This document shows positions 33,716 to 63,167 of a stretch of DNA of 64,000 bases, in pieces. The notes under the pieces were generated by a model, which saw only the letters and a program-made list of their open reading frames with translations, ran no database searches and had not been told where the DNA came from. The stretch's first letter is position 1, and each line of letters opens with the position of its first letter. The position numbers and the translations under genes were made by a program. The stretch comes from Chrysomallon squamiferum (lineage: Eukaryota; Animalia; Mollusca): the NCBI GenBank assembly GCA_012295275.1, contig CM022674.1, positions 10,726,001-10,790,000 of the forward strand. Reading direction: 5' to 3'.

Positions 33716-36700
33716 CCAGACTGTTATAGCTAATTTCAAATTAATAGCTGGAGAAATCAGAATGTTGAAAATATTGAAACTAAAGTAATAAAAAAAAAAA
33801 AAAAATGTACGATGTCTGTATTTGTAATTATTTTATTTTTCTTCATTTTGAACAGAAATCCATAACAAGTGTTTACATAATTAATGTTTGATTTTTATTT
33901 TAATATGAAAATGAATTTTTGTTTGGAAATAATATCTTGTGATTTACTAAACTTTTGTGCAGGTCAGAGATGCCCACATGTTGGGCAGTTTTAATTGTGT
34001 CTGTGATGTTACATTTAAGTAAATAGAATTCAGAATGGTGAACTAAAAACACTGTCAGTTATTTGATAGTGTATTTCAGAGAGATGACAACATTTAAAAG
34101 GTGGAAAAATAAAATATTTCAGATACATTTTTATTTATAAAACTATTTTAATAATACCTTCTTTTGGTAAAATATTTCCTAATTGTTACTAATTTAAATA
34201 TTAACATTGCTTTGTCATCAAAATATTCATAATTGAAATTGTTAATTTATAAATAATTATTTTCCATCTTTTCTTTTTCAGTTAATTGGCAATTTTCATT
34301 AATTTTTATTTGCTTTTTAAATAAAACTGTAACCCATTAAAATACAATTTAGTATTTCTAATAAGAAAAATAGAATATGCAAAATAAATAAGAACATTTT
34401 TCAAATATATCTAATGTGTTTAAGAATTTTTGAACAATTTAAGCTTATAAAAATATATACAACATTTATAATGTCGACAAGCTCTTTTGTGTTTTTTAAA
34501 TTAGTTTATAAATCATTTATTCCATTGGAATATGTGAAAAATGTTTACTGTAAGCTTTTTCATTTGTTTTCTCCGACTTCTGTTTTATTTTTGTTTTGTT
34601 CAGATGTTTTTCTCATTTTTATCATTCCATCTTTTTTTCTATTTTATATGCATGTGGCGTTTTATTTTAATGCATTTGCTTTTTAAAAACAAAATATTTG
34701 TGCAAGTTTTTTTTTTAATTAAATTATGGGTCACATTTATTTTAAATAAATTTAAATTATGTAAGAATCAGAGTACCAAGTACATCTGTTCATCTGTTAA
34801 AATTAAATCTACCATGTATGCATGTATGTATAGACACATACGTACCATCCTCCCTATTTCTTTAACTATGTATCATTCCTCTCTCATTTATTTAAAGATA
34901 AAAAAAATTAAACATCACAATTTTACAATGATCACAGATATTTGTAAAGTATGATCTGAGATTTTGTTGAAGTTTTTATGAAGATAAAGTGTTGTTTCTT
35001 GTCTTCAGTGTTTATTTTGATGCAAGATTTTCGTTTTTATTACTTCTTTTTTCTTTTACTTTGGCATTGATTTATTTTATCAGGCACTAAATTTGTGACT
35101 TTTGGGGGAAATTAAAAATAATGTTTTTATGAAATAAATTTAGATTTTGTTATCAAAATAAATAAACATGTTACAGTATTTCAGTTTTTACATGTTAACA
35201 TCCGCAGTTATTTTACACACATTTGTATAGTGGAAAATATTTTGTTGTACTGTTAAATAGTACTGTGTGTTGCCTTAAATCTCAAATTCCATCCAACATT
35301 ATTATTTTATTAAATGTATTTTTATTATAGTTTATATACGTGTATGTGTGTGTGAGTGAGTATGTGTGTGTGTGTGTGTCTGTATATATATATATATGTA
35401 TATAGACACATATATAAAAACAAGACACATCAGTAATGGTTTCTCTTTACTGAATATTGCCACGTCAACAGTCAAATCAGATTTTTACTGCTGTGGTTAC
35501 AGTATTTTTAAACTTTACTTTTGTAACAGTTGAAAATAAACTTCGGATTTTATAGTTGTCTTCTTTTTTCTTTTCTTTTTTTTATTATTATATTAACATT
35601 ATCATTATTATGATTGTTATTATTGTAGTTGCTGTTATTACTATTCTAAGCATTTTAGATGAGCAATATTTTTTCACAGATGTGTAGATTATATAATAAT
35701 TATTCCTTTATGAATTAAAATTCTTCTCACCGAAAAATCCATCAAAATTAATTTCATGACGTAACCACCACCAGATAATAAAACCGCGCGACACACTGTG
35801 TATTTATTTATGTTGTCGTGTATCCCAGCACGTTTGTCTGCGTTTAAATTCGACTAAGTATCGATGCTGCAATCGCCTTACCAGTGAAAACATTATTATA
35901 TTTTTTCTATCTTGTTTAATTAACGTTGCTTGCCTTACGCGTCAAATGTAACGACGAATAACGAATTTCTATTGATCGACTAACAGATCTGGCTATCACA
36001 CAGTTCTACTTGGTCTTACTTCAGCTACGTGAGTTTGCGTCCCATTCTCTGTATAAGCTGTTTATATATACATATGTATATATATATATGTATTCATAGA
36101 AAATAATCTGCGTGTTTGTACATTTATTTGTGTGTTAATTAAACGAAGAATAGTTTATTAAAACATTATTATAATCAAACATTTAAAAAAAAAAAAAAAA
36201 AATGAAAAAGAGATAATTCAATAAATAAATAAATAAATATTAATTTGTTGTTTTATACAATTTGCATATACTGATAAATATATAAAATTTCACATATATA
36301 ATAATTTATGTATATAATTACCAATTCCTTATCTTTAATTACTTTAATGCATTGTTAATAAATGCAATGTCAATGCAAAAACATGAACACCTTTCATTAT
36401 CTCTCGGTTATTCCCTTCGTAATTTTCAAGGACGTATCGACATTATTCAAAAATTCATCATTGTTTTGGATATAAGGTTGAAGACAATGAGTTTCATTAC
36501 AAACAAATAAACATATTAATTAATTAATTAATTAATTAAAAGAATAGGGGTTATATCGGCTGCGCAAACATTTGGACCCGTTTATATTTTACTCCACATA
36601 ATGATACTCCGCATTGGAAACTCTTCTGATCCTAACTAATCAACGGACAAATAAACAAGTACCCCATTCAACAAATTACCAACAGCGTGCGACAAAATCT

Positions 36701-37315
36701 GTTTATAAAATTTTAATTTCCCATTATCCACGTTTTGATTGTTTTCTTTGGTCCCTCCGACTCTCCCTGGGTATCGCTTGTCCGTTGTGCAGAAACTCGT
36801 TTTCTCGCGAGATTTCCCGTGCGTGACTAAAGCCAGGTATCTCGGTCCGTGCGGAATGGACTTTTCTGTTTTATTTTGGCACCGCTCTGTAGCTGCTGTC
36901 AACGCGAGAAGATACTTGAGAAAACTTTTCCCAGAAGACTTATCTTTTACAGCAAGCCAGCTTTTGTTAACTGAGAACCGATAATCAGATTCAGCAACAA
37001 AAAGAAAAAGAGAGCTATGCGTTTGTTTATATGAAGATAATGGAATGGGAAATGAAAAGCGCTACATTTTTAATTAACACAAAAACATAAAAACAAACTA
37101 ATTAAAGATTATGTGATTTTTTAAAGTTTTCATACCAGCATGATTTCTTCTGCACCAGAATCAATACAACTGTTTAACTGCGCTTCAGCGCCTTAATGGA
37201 GGAACGATTCAATGTGTTTTTGTTGGTTTATTTCATCTATTACGACGTGAAAGATTGAAATCCATCTAGGAATCATTATTTTACTTCTCCATAGTTAGGA
37301 AAGCAGATATTACGT

Positions 37316-37317
<2 letters not shown>

Positions 37318-37356
<39 letters not shown>

Positions 37357-37475
37357 GTTCCTGCTGCTGCTATGGTTGCTTCTTCTACTTGTTGTTGCCT
37401 CTGCTACTGCTGTTGTTGCCTCTGCTATTGCTGTTATTGCTTCTGCTGCTGCTGTTGTTGTTACTGCAGTTGCTG
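37318..37475. repeat. Compound trinucleotide microsatellite (TAT)n-(CTG/TTG)n
   Basis: Visible; explains the poly-Y/poly-L ORF 37314-37511. Confidence 0.9.
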
Positions 37476-38051
37476 TTTTTACTATTTTATATAAACTTAG
37501 CAGTGAAATAGAAAATGGTTGATGGATGTTTTAAAGAGAAATGACCCGGTGACCTAGCACATCTCATGTCAGCATTAACAACTGTTAACATGTTAACATG
37601 TTTTGCCAAATTTGGTTAAAAACTATTTTTCAGTTAATGCATTGAAAAACGATGATACCATTAAAATTAACCTATTTCGAGCGGGAAAGGGGAGGTATCG
37701 ACTCCCTCCCCACCCCAGTGGTTTCATTGCTGTACCTACTCGTAGGGTACATTTACAAATCGGAATTGTGTATGTAAATTGTGTTAACATATGTCTTACC
37801 TACCCACTCCACAAATCAAAATAAGTACAAGATGTGGAACGTTGATTCTATTATTTGTTTATATGTTAACTTGTGTGTGTGTTATGTGTACTTAGGTGTT
37901 TGTGTTTGTGTGTGCATTAGTGCGTGTGTACATATGTGTATATATAATGTATTAATGTATATGTGTGGGTTGGTGTGGATTTTTTTGTATGAAATAAAAT
38001 AATATTTAATTTTTATTTTGTATTTTTCTTATATCCGTACTGTAACTCATA

Positions 38052-38082
<31 letters not shown>

Positions 38083-38996
38083 TCTGGCTCAGCTTTTACA
38101 GTAACCATGATGTTACATTTATGGTCATTATTTTCTAACTAGCGGCCATTTTCGTTTAGTGACTTCCGCATACGCATTTTGAAATTATGTAAATGTTTCA
38201 GTCGAATTACCGATCTTCTAAAAATACAAGGAAAAAAAAAAAAGGTTTGTGGCAAGCAATTTAGTGTGATTTAACGATGCAGCCTTAACGACGACCCAGT
38301 AACAGATAGGGAAGTATTTGGTTTCCGAGTAAATTATTTTCATCCATCAAGAATAAAAAAAAGATAAAATAATAATAATAATAATAATAAAAACATTTAT
38401 AGGAAATATTTGATCCTTTAAATGTAATTGGCTCATTCGTTTTCTTCATTCTTCTTTTTATTATTATTTATTTTATTTTAAATTTACTTCACAAATATCA
38501 TCCAAATAGGCTTACACACACACAAACACATTACACACACATGTATGTGTGTGTGTGTAAGCTATATATATATATATAATCTACAAATATATGGTAGCAG
38601 TAATTGGTAAATGATATTAAAAATAATAAATAAAATCTGTAGATAAATTATTCATAGCACAATTTTAGATTTTTGTATTCATCTTTTTCAAAATTTTATT
38701 ATTATTTTATATATATATATATATAAAATGAAAATTTTAAGTTACATACGTTAAATATTCTTTTACCGTTATTCAGAATTTTATTCTTAAACATTAATAA
38801 ATAAATAGGGAAGGAAAAAACTACAGGAAAGAATATTTGAATATTAGATGTGAACATAATGCCGTTTTTTTTATTATTATTATTATTTTTAATTTTATAA
38901 TTATCATTATTAGTTGTTGTCATTATAGTGTTTATCTTTTCTTAATAACAACAATGATAATAAATAATTACATAAATAATAATAATCATAATAATA

Positions 38997-39032
<36 letters not shown>

Positions 39033-39176
39033 CAATACAATCGCGTCTGATTAGGGACTTGCATGTTTTCTTGTAATTTCTGTACAGACCACTCAACAAT
39101 GTTTAGCATTCATCGTTTTACACATCGATCCCAACCATCCGACATTTTGCTCCATTTTTCTCTTCTTATTTTTTCT

Positions 39177-39211
<35 letters not shown>

Positions 39212-40410
39212 AATTACGGTTCGAGATTTTATTCGTTTTTCAAATCATTCTTATTATCTTTGTCCATCTTAAAATCACAGGGCAAATACAAATAAAAGTA
39301 AAGAAAGAATAAAAAACTAAATCTGCACAAGAGAAAATGTCAAAGATACGGCATCATAGGTGCCAACTAGAGGCAATTATACCGTTGCTATGGGAGAGAT
39401 GACGTCACAGCTCTACTTGGTACGGAACACAATTCATTTACGTGTTCTTTGCTGGCGGGTTAAATGGTTTTCAGGATATATCTGTCAATATTTTCATCCA
39501 AGAGGGAATTTATGTCCACCTTCGTTCTACTGGCTGGCGATATCTTTTCAGAGTATCTCATTTCTTTCAGTGTTAGCTACTGTAAGGCTAGCGGCAACAA
39601 ATAATACATCAACAGACAAATATTCTGAGTGACGATAGGGCAAAGCCGCTTAACGAAACGAAAATCATTATTTCGATATTCTCGTTTTACCAGAAGACTT
39701 GTCAAGGATACATTTTAAAAGTTAATGGCAATTCAGAAATAAACGTTAACGAGGTAACGATGACACAGTTAATTTTAATAACGCAAAATAAAATAAATAA
39801 AATAAATAAATAAGTGCACCTGTGAAGGCTGTGGAGATATAAAGAAATTATTTAACTATATTGCGCATTCTTCCAAATTATGTTCATTATTATTATTTTT
39901 TTATAATTTCCCCCACCGTCGTCAAATCATAATTAATATGCCAACGAAGTTTAATAATCAAAGAGTATAGCTTAAAAACATATGGGCGTTGCCATTTTTG
40001 CCATAGCCGTGACGTCATCGCGTACATGGCCGATCTGTTTGTACTAGTTTTTCCAGCGTCAGAAAAATACAACTGTCAGTCCACCATACTCGCGATGACG
40101 TCACGACGCTAATCGTTAAGGAGTAAAATGTTTGTTTCATATTATTTTAGTGTAATGAACGATATGTCACCTAAAAAACAGTAACTATAAAAATTTTGAT
40201 TCGACCGTCTTTACTTTACTATCACAGGCACTTTAAAATAGAATAAATAAAAATAAATGAATAAACAAATAAATAAAATAATGTTTTAAACTATAGAAAC
40301 TATATCAGTAATAATTTTCGAAAGTTCGAACCATTTATTCATTTATAATTTCATATATCCGTCATGAGCACTGGGGACTCTCCAGTTAATTTGTCTGAAA
40401 TTAGAAACAG

Positions 40411-40455
<45 letters not shown>
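40411..40455. repeat. Poly-A tract (about 45 nt)
   Basis: Visible homopolymer; similar poly-T tracts occur at 4284-4325, 9826-9854 and 39180-39210. Confidence 0.9.
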
Positions 40456-40458
<3 letters not shown>

Positions 40459-43400
40459 GAAATATCCGACAAAAAAACACAGGTCTTTTGCTTTGCCCAA
40501 AACCATTTAGTGATGTTTGAATTGCTCTTGATACGCCCCCAGCATTGTCCATCTCAGCCTAGATATAAAAGAATTTGAATTTAGAAAAATAACGGGAATA
40601 TTTGTTTTTGAACTACTGGTATTTATATTAGTAAAAACATTTTTGGTGCAGTACAATTTGATAGTGTATGTATATATTTCATAAAGGATCTTTTCCAATC
40701 TTTTTTTATAGCAATGCAGAGAAAAGATTTGAAACTCTCCAATTCAGTTACACTTTAAAAAATTTGCAATGAAACAGATCACCTCTAGAGTTACCTATAT
40801 ATATATTACTAGTATTGTTTGTTTGCAGTCAGGGTTGTAAAAGAATGTATACAGAAGAAACCTAATCTAATTTTGAAAATTCCCACTGCTTACAATCCCA
40901 TTGTTAAAAATACATCAAGTATAAAAAGTCATCACTCTAGCTAGGCTTGAACTGATAGTATCAGTGTGTAACAGCCTGCATTTTTCTACTGCTAGGACAT
41001 GTAATATAAAATGCAGCTGCTGTATATTGTTAACTTAATTTACTTACAGATTAGCATTCTATATTCAGTTATGCATACGATCACAATGATGTTCAGAAAT
41101 ATTTAAAACTTACAACTTACAACTAACAAATTTCATTCAGAAAGCTGTATTAAAATAATAATAATAATAATAATTCAAACCCAAAATCTGTTGTTTATAT
41201 AGTCAAATTCGGGACATTTCTGTTTGTCCCAGCATTCTAATTACAGAAACTATTTAAAATAAACATCTCATTGTCAATGAAAGAATGATGTCTCGTCTCA
41301 GTATTTACAAACTGAACTGTATTCAAAATACACTTTTCACTGAAGATCCTGACATGTTAGGCGACTACGACCTTTTTAAAATATTTTAGCAACTGCAAAT
41401 TTGTTTGTTTACGGAAATTAAATAAATAGAAAAACAACTAACATATTATTTCTGAATGAACCTTTGAACATATCTACAAAAAGGTGAATACTATTGTATA
41501 ATGGACTTGATTTAAAATACCAATTACATTCAGGTTTACCTCATTTATTATTGACCATGTACGGATGTGAGAACTACCAGGACACCTTTGATTTGGTTTC
41601 TTACAGTGGGGCTAATTGGTTGTACACCAAGCTGTGCTTTATTCTAGCACATGAAGTCACTTCTGCTTCAGACAGCCTGATTAACAGTATTAACACTTGA
41701 ACAGGACATGAACCTCTTCATATCTCCATTCAGGAAAAGTAACATCAGATTATCAGTGATAAAATAAATTATTTATAGATACAAGAAAGCAAGTTAAGAC
41801 CAATGAGGACATTTTGCTTTCCAGCATATACTGGTATATTCTTCTTAAACAGAACTGATGTTAAACAAGACATTATATGAACATTTTTACTATCCATATG
41901 ACAAAAAATTCAGAGAGAATGTCCCTTTGATTATTTGTAATTCTGAACAGAAAGACAGTTTGCAGAACTATGTAAAAATACACTTGCTTCTATAACAGAA
42001 AAATAAACAAAAATGATATCATAAAGACAAATAGCTTTATTTGACAAATGAAGTTACATATACACATACGAAAATGAATGCACAAATTAAGACTAATCCT
42101 GTTGCCCATTCATCACATGCTACTAAAGATGGCCAAAAATATGCCAGTGTTTAAACTCTTCTTTTCAAATACAAGAATTATGAAATGGTATATTAATAAA
42201 ATTATTTTCTTTTACAACAAATCTAGGATACGATGACATGGATAAGATTAAAACTTACTTTTCAATATCCAAAATTTAAAAAAAAAATTAAAAGTTTTGA
42301 TTAATGTTTTGAAGATGAAAACATACATGTCTAATTTTTACCAGGCAAAATATTAATTATGACATGCTGATGTTGCATACCAACAGTTTTGATAAATATT
42401 CATTTCTGATGAAAACTGTTTTTGAAAAAGATAGAACAAATATTCTTGTCATCAATGTTTTATACAAGAGCTCTGTATACTGGCTTTTTTCTCAGTACCA
42501 AGAGAAAAGTACTTTTTGTTTTAATATTTGTGAAAATGAGACAACAGGTTCTACTGGTTCACTACACGAAAATGGTTACACAAGCGAAGCTCTTGTATAG
42601 CTTCGGTTCTGTTACTACACACTTACATACATACACACACACATACAGACATCATCTGATATAGCCACTCACTCTTATACCATTACTAAATCGCATACAA
42701 AGTACAAGTGTGAAAAAACATCAAAACCCAAGACAAGTAAAACTGAGCAATATTAGAATATCAAGCCACTGATAATGCAAGCAGTCTGATCCATTTTGTT
42801 GTCACCATGACAACATTTAACAAATGTTTCTTAACTTGTCATTACCTGCATTTTAAATACAGTATATGAAGATTTTCTAATTTTCTCTTTTTACATTATT
42901 TGTGATCCACATACTATTACTTTGTTATCTGTCAATTGTCATGTTTTTGTTTTCTAATTAATACTGTAAGGATGAAACTTTGCTAGGGTTGCAACAACTG
43001 TTTTATGCCAGTTATTTACATCTTCCAGCTGGAAATTTGAGTATTTCTTGCCATTAAAATCTAATTGATTAATTTTACCTGTCTTGGGACATGTATGAAA
43101 AAGGATAACAAACGAAATGACCTCACTGCATAGGCAAAAAAAAAAAAAACAAATAAACTAAACAAAATTTAAATTTATAAAGTGTTAAGGATAAATGATT
43201 AATTACAAATTGGAGAATAAATACTAAATTAATGTAATATTTTAAAAAAGCAAATGAAAATAAGCCTAAATAAAGTCTACTAGATAACATACAAAACCTG
43301 TGCAGTGAGATTATGACATCTGCAATAGCGCAACTGTATATTTGTCAGTTAACATACATTGGCAATTCATATGTTTGTTAAGGTCACACAATAGGAAAAA

Positions 43401-45745
43401 AAATACACTAAACACACTTTTAATATTTCATCAACTTATACAATATGCTAACACAATTTTTTTTTTTGTTTTTTTTTCTTAAAAGATTTCAGTTAACTAC
43501 GAATAAATAATAAGAGAAAAATATTAACTGTATGAATAAATACAAAACTCAAAAGAAATAAGGCTAGTTGATCTCGTTTATCACAAAACATTCTACAAAT
43601 AGTGATAGGATGATGGTGTTTGTCCCAGTTCAAATACACTGCAGTAGAACCAGAATGAATGAAATTCACTTTTCTTTTTCACTTGGAAGGTATGAATACA
43701 TTTTCAATTGCTATAATTTTTATTGGCTTTATTCTTGTTTGGTATTTTAATATCCTTCAACTTTGAATTATTATTTTTTAACAGCTCATTATTTTATGCA
43801 TGCTGCAGTGTATGTGAAAAGTGGAGAAAACCCCAATAGCCAAGCCAAGAAAGTGTTTCAGTTCATTAAATATATTTTAAAAACTCAACCGAACAGTAAA
43901 ATTGCACTGTTTATATTTTTAATAGTCTGTTGGTGTTTGTGCTGTTTTAAGAAAAAAAAAAAAAATACACATTTATTACATCAAATCTGTCTAACCAATG
44001 AATCTATTACAATAAAAAGAAATGCTTCGTTTGTAAAAGTGATAATGTCACAGATTTAAATAATGAACTTTTACTGAAACTTGATTATTTTAAATTGCTT
44101 TTATATTCTGCTCAACTGGTATGCAAAACTAAAAATCTATATCTTGGTACAAAAGCTCCAAAATAATTGACAGCATGAAATTAATATCATGCTGAAAGTA
44201 TTAGAGAATTATTACTTTATGTTTGACAAGACTTCACCTGATATCTGAAACCTGCTAGTTGGTCCAGGTTAGGATGGAATAGATCTGACCAGGTGCTAGA
44301 TAAGTGTCTGAGAACTAACAATGATAAAATTGGTGCGTGTTACGAATAGATTTTTCCCAAGTACAGACACTAAACAAAAAGACATCTGCACAGGCATTCA
44401 ATAATGTGTCATCAGATGAACGATATTGTCTTCAAAAATGATTTTATTTTTATTTTTAAAAGCTTTTTGTTATGTTCATTTGTTAAGAAGATACACTAAA
44501 AGACTTCAACTATTCTACATTTTCAAGGAGAAAAAAAAAAAAAAAAAAAAAGATAAAAGAGGACTATCTTACTACCTGGCAAGTGCACTTGTTGGAAAAG
44601 AATGGTATTCCCAACTTTAGTCCCGACCAAAAATTTACTTTAATTTTTAGTTTATTTATTTAAATTACTTATTATTATTCTGTTATTTACTTTTCAATAT
44701 AATTCATACATAACTACAAGTGTCTGCACAATATATCTTTAGAAATGTACATTTGCAACATTCAGCATCAATTGTGAAGGGTAAATTGCATATCCAAGAG
44801 GCCGGGACCAACAGATCAGTGTGCAGTTTTGGAAAATAATGACATGTTTAAAAGATAACACCTACAAGACCCTTGAGCGAGATGCATTTCTGATCACTAT
44901 GACAACTGGTTTATAGCATTTACATCAAAATTCATCATTAAATATCAAAAAGATATAGGAATATTTATTGATTCTTTTTTTCTTCTGTTTTTTTGTTTGT
45001 TTTTTGTTTTATACACAAATATCTCACCTGAACATCTTACAAGCATCCAAGACAATTAATCATCGCAAGTTGTTCATTAAACACAATAAAATGCTACTGT
45101 TTTGTAGTGAAATTAAAATTTCTTATCCCACTACATAAATATTACCTACAAGTTTTGTTTGGCATTGCCCCGAAGCAGACGACAGCTGAGAAAAATCAGA
45201 TTCGTTCTGAATTCATTAGAACCACATCCAACCACAGGCATTGCTTTTATGTCAAGGCAACATCTGGAGTATGATGTGATTCAATGACAACAAAGATTAT
45301 TGCAAAAAATGTATCGTTTCCTGAATGCCGTTTACAAGCCTTCCAATATCTGTAAGTTCCATCCACCTGTGTTCACATGTTATTTATCCAATCAATGGCA
45401 AAGCTTGCTATAGATCCAACAACCTGTAAGAAAGCTTTCGGTACAACCAACCAGCAAGCTTGCAGATTTGTTTGAAGGCTTCATTGCTGTGTTGGTAATT
45501 TCCTCCAAAACGAAATAGAGACAGACACACAAAAAGATTCGTCTAACAAACGGGGAAAACTGTTCATGCCAAAACCCACTTGTGTCATTTTTTTTTTTTT
45601 TTTTTTTTTTTATGTATTTTTTTTTTTTTTTAATATATATATTTAGTCAAGTGAAGAGAAATCTTGCAGACATTACAAGCTTCCTCGTCATGAAACAAGA
45701 TGCCGTGACAGAAAGAAGCGACAAGACACAGTACAGACGGTTTCA

Positions 45746-59972
<14,227 letters not shown>

Positions 59973-61086
59973 GATGGTTTATTAGTAAATAAAAATATAA
60001 ATCTGAAAAAAGAAAAAAGTTAATAAATGTGTTAATAGACAGAGCAATAATTTAAGAAACAAGTAATTATAACTTATACTGAAACTAAATTGTGTTAGAT
60101 AATGGCAAATGCAGCCACCAAAGAAGGGGAAAAAGAAAAAATAATAAACAAATAAATAAATTAAATATTCATATTCTATGTCAGGTTATTATAAACAACA
60201 AAGACAAAATCTTTTTAAATAATAATTTCTTTGTATTTTTTATTTTTGTTTGTTTTTGAAGTATGGTATGGTTTGGATAAATCTTGATCAGCAGTCAGGA
60301 TCTATAAAATATTTTATTTTATGTCAGTTCTATTTCTTGCAATCAGAATCTTACAATCTAAATGTCAAACAGCACTGAATAACCTTTGTTTACAGCATAT
60401 TAATGTAATTCATGTTTTAGAATAGCTAATCACATGGCACTGAATGGACTGAAATAGTTCTGCAGTTACTAATTTGCTTTTTATCAAAACAGAATGATTT
60501 TGAACAGTCAGGTATACATTTCCTGTGTTCAGGTGCATAAATTATCCACATGAATAAGAAAGTTAAAGATTTAATGCCTTCATACTACCTATTAAGGCAC
60601 AGCCCAACTGGTATGATTAAAAAATGTAATTTGACTTGTAAGATACAAAATACATATTTTGTTTAAAGCACTTTAAATTTACATACATTTATATTTAAAA
60701 CTTGTGCCTTTCTTGACTTTGAGACATATTTCACTACTGAATCAATAAAAGCTGTATGGCATAAAATAAAAATACTGTCTACTCAAAAGAAAAAGCAAAC
60801 ATGTTAACAAAAGCTGTACTTTGGGAAATGTACAATTATTTTTCCACGATAAAATATGATACTATACAGGAATATTTTTTTGAAAACTGATAATAACAAG
60901 CCACTCATACAATGAAGTGCAAACAATAAGAACTGTAATAAATTAAAGATTAAGAGAAAACAATTATATTAAAATACTTATACATTAATGGTTATCTATA
61001 TAAGAAACCTGTAACTATTTCAGTGAAAACAATTACCTGGATGGTTAAAAGATAATATTCAGAATTATGCTAATAAAGGTACTGAC

Positions 61087-61217
61087 CTAGTGGGATCCAG
61101 GAGAAGCCAACAAGACCGTCAAGCACACACCAATTCTTTTTTCACAAAAAATCCACAATCCAATAATATCCACAACACTGCGACATTCGGTAACTAATGC
61201 ATTATTCCTCTAGACAC
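61087..61217 (-). other. Putative 5'UTR exon of the G-beta gene
   Basis: Minus-strand acceptor ttttgttttattttag and donor TAG|GTCAGT flank a 131-nt block of higher complexity than the surrounding intron. Confidence 0.55.
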
Positions 61218-62995
61218 CTAAAATAAAACAAAATATCAGTCATTAAAATACTTTTAGCCAGATTCAAACATTTGAACAAAATAAAATATTCAGACCCTTG
61301 GTTATTATATAAATATTGAAACTATTAGCAACAAAACGTTAAAAGAAACATTTTAATTTTTAAAACAAATTTAACCTTTAATCTGACACTTTTCTATAAT
61401 AAGATTCACAATAATTTGTTCAAAAATTTAAAATAAATAAATAAATAAACTCATTATTAATAAGATGTAAAAGAAGATGTAAACTTATTAAAACAATATT
61501 TATTCACTATCCATTATTATGTGTAATCAAAAAATTTAAAAAGAGTTTCATTTAAAATAATACTAATCCAAATTTGCCTGAAATTCCCAACTATAAAACT
61601 AAATGGCTTGTATGACCAGAACATGAACATTTATTATGATCTAAGGCCTAACTAAATAAATAGCAAAATAAATTTTAAAAAAAGAAAAATGCAGCAGAAG
61701 TATTTATTTTGCATCAAACTGAAGCATATGAAACAAAATCCATGATAAAATATGCTCAAGTACATATGGTTTTACAGCAGAAGACAGAGCTAAGCTTCAA
61801 TAAATGTTTATTTTGAACACACGATGTATGTTCTGTTCAATGGTAACAATGAAAAAAGACTATGCAGGCAAGCCAATTGGGATTAACAAATATGAAAAAT
61901 TTGCTAATTAAAAGTATAAACATTTTACATCATTAAAAATCAATTACAATATTATATTATGAAATAATTTTACACAGGGATAAATGTATTTTTTTTTTCT
62001 TTAAAATAATTTAAAATATTCAATATATAAAAACACAAGATTACAGAAAACTACTGTCACTACCATCAAAATATATGTATAGGGTGTGGTCATAAACAAA
62101 CTGATGCAGCTTTCTTGCAATTCTTGACTCCTTTCAAGCCAAATTCTTTACAGCATTAAGTTTTTCAACCTGGCATGAAATGAACATTATAAGTTAATAT
62201 CAACGAGTATTTATTTTTTCTCAGTCGTTTCTGTCAAATACATTTTATATGTCATAACTGAAGCAGTAATACTTATAGGATCATCTGAAGTAAAACCACC
62301 AGCATAAGTAGTAATTAAATATAACAGTATTACTAAACTACTCTATAGTGATAGCTACATTAAAATACTGAAAAGGTTAAAACATACCCAGACCAAATAT
62401 TGTTAAATAAAATGGCCGACAATGAAGTCTGCATAATTGATCAGTATGAAAATATGCCGGCTCGCCATCTTGAATATGTTTACACAACTCGCGCGCTCCA
62501 CAAGAAAATTGAATGCACATGCACCATATATTTTAAGAAAATTATATTGGTAATACAAATCTTGGTGGACGTTAATAATTTGATTATCAATAAATACAAG
62601 AAGGATCTACAAAACAAAATTAAAAAACTAAAGAATAAAAAAAGGAGAAAAAAAAAGCACAACATACAACCCACTTCCTTTGTCGGCTTCTGCTGAGCAA
62701 CTGGAATTACTGCAAAACGATGTGCTGACTTTAACAAGTAAATTTAGAATAAAGTTGCAATCAAACAACTGTATGGATAAGGTATATCTACAAATCGTTT
62801 TACAGCATGCAAACTGTCAAATTGTTAAAACAAGGAACATGAATTGAGGTCACAGATGAAAGGGACTGGGATTTACTGCATTTGCATACAGCAATGGCAA
62901 ATGACAGGCATCAGACGACATACAATCAGGCTGAAAATAAGGCTACTCTTAATGATTTGTAAACAACCTATGGGACTCCAAGATCATCTACTCAC

Positions 62996-63130
62996 CTGCC
63001 GATTATTGTGTAGTTAGTGTACATCCACACAAATGTAACATATATCTCACTTCGTCACCCTTTCCAAACATAAATCAGACAGTTTCCCCACAAAGTCTAC
63101 GCTTATCATGAACGACAAGGGTGCGGCGCC
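62996..63130 (-). other. Putative first (non-coding) exon of the G-beta gene (upper end approximate)
   Basis: Consensus donor CAG|GTGAGT at the 62996/62995 boundary, next to a CpG-rich promoter-like patch. Confidence 0.6.
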
Positions 63131-63167
63131 CCTGATCTTGGAATAAGGAACCCCCAGTGTAAATCAG

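Noticed and set aside
37584-37711. AACATGTTAACATGTT palindrome (p53-like half sites) and a GGGGAGG/CCTCCCC hairpin
   Set aside because: Half-sites overlap with non-canonical spacing and arise from an 8-bp tandem; the short hairpin is likely a transposon end remnant with no further support.
45399-45462. AAGCTTGCT/AGCAAGCTT inverted repeat in the G-beta 3'UTR
   Set aside because: Only about 9 bp pair and the interior pairs poorly; insufficient for a miRNA or SECIS call.
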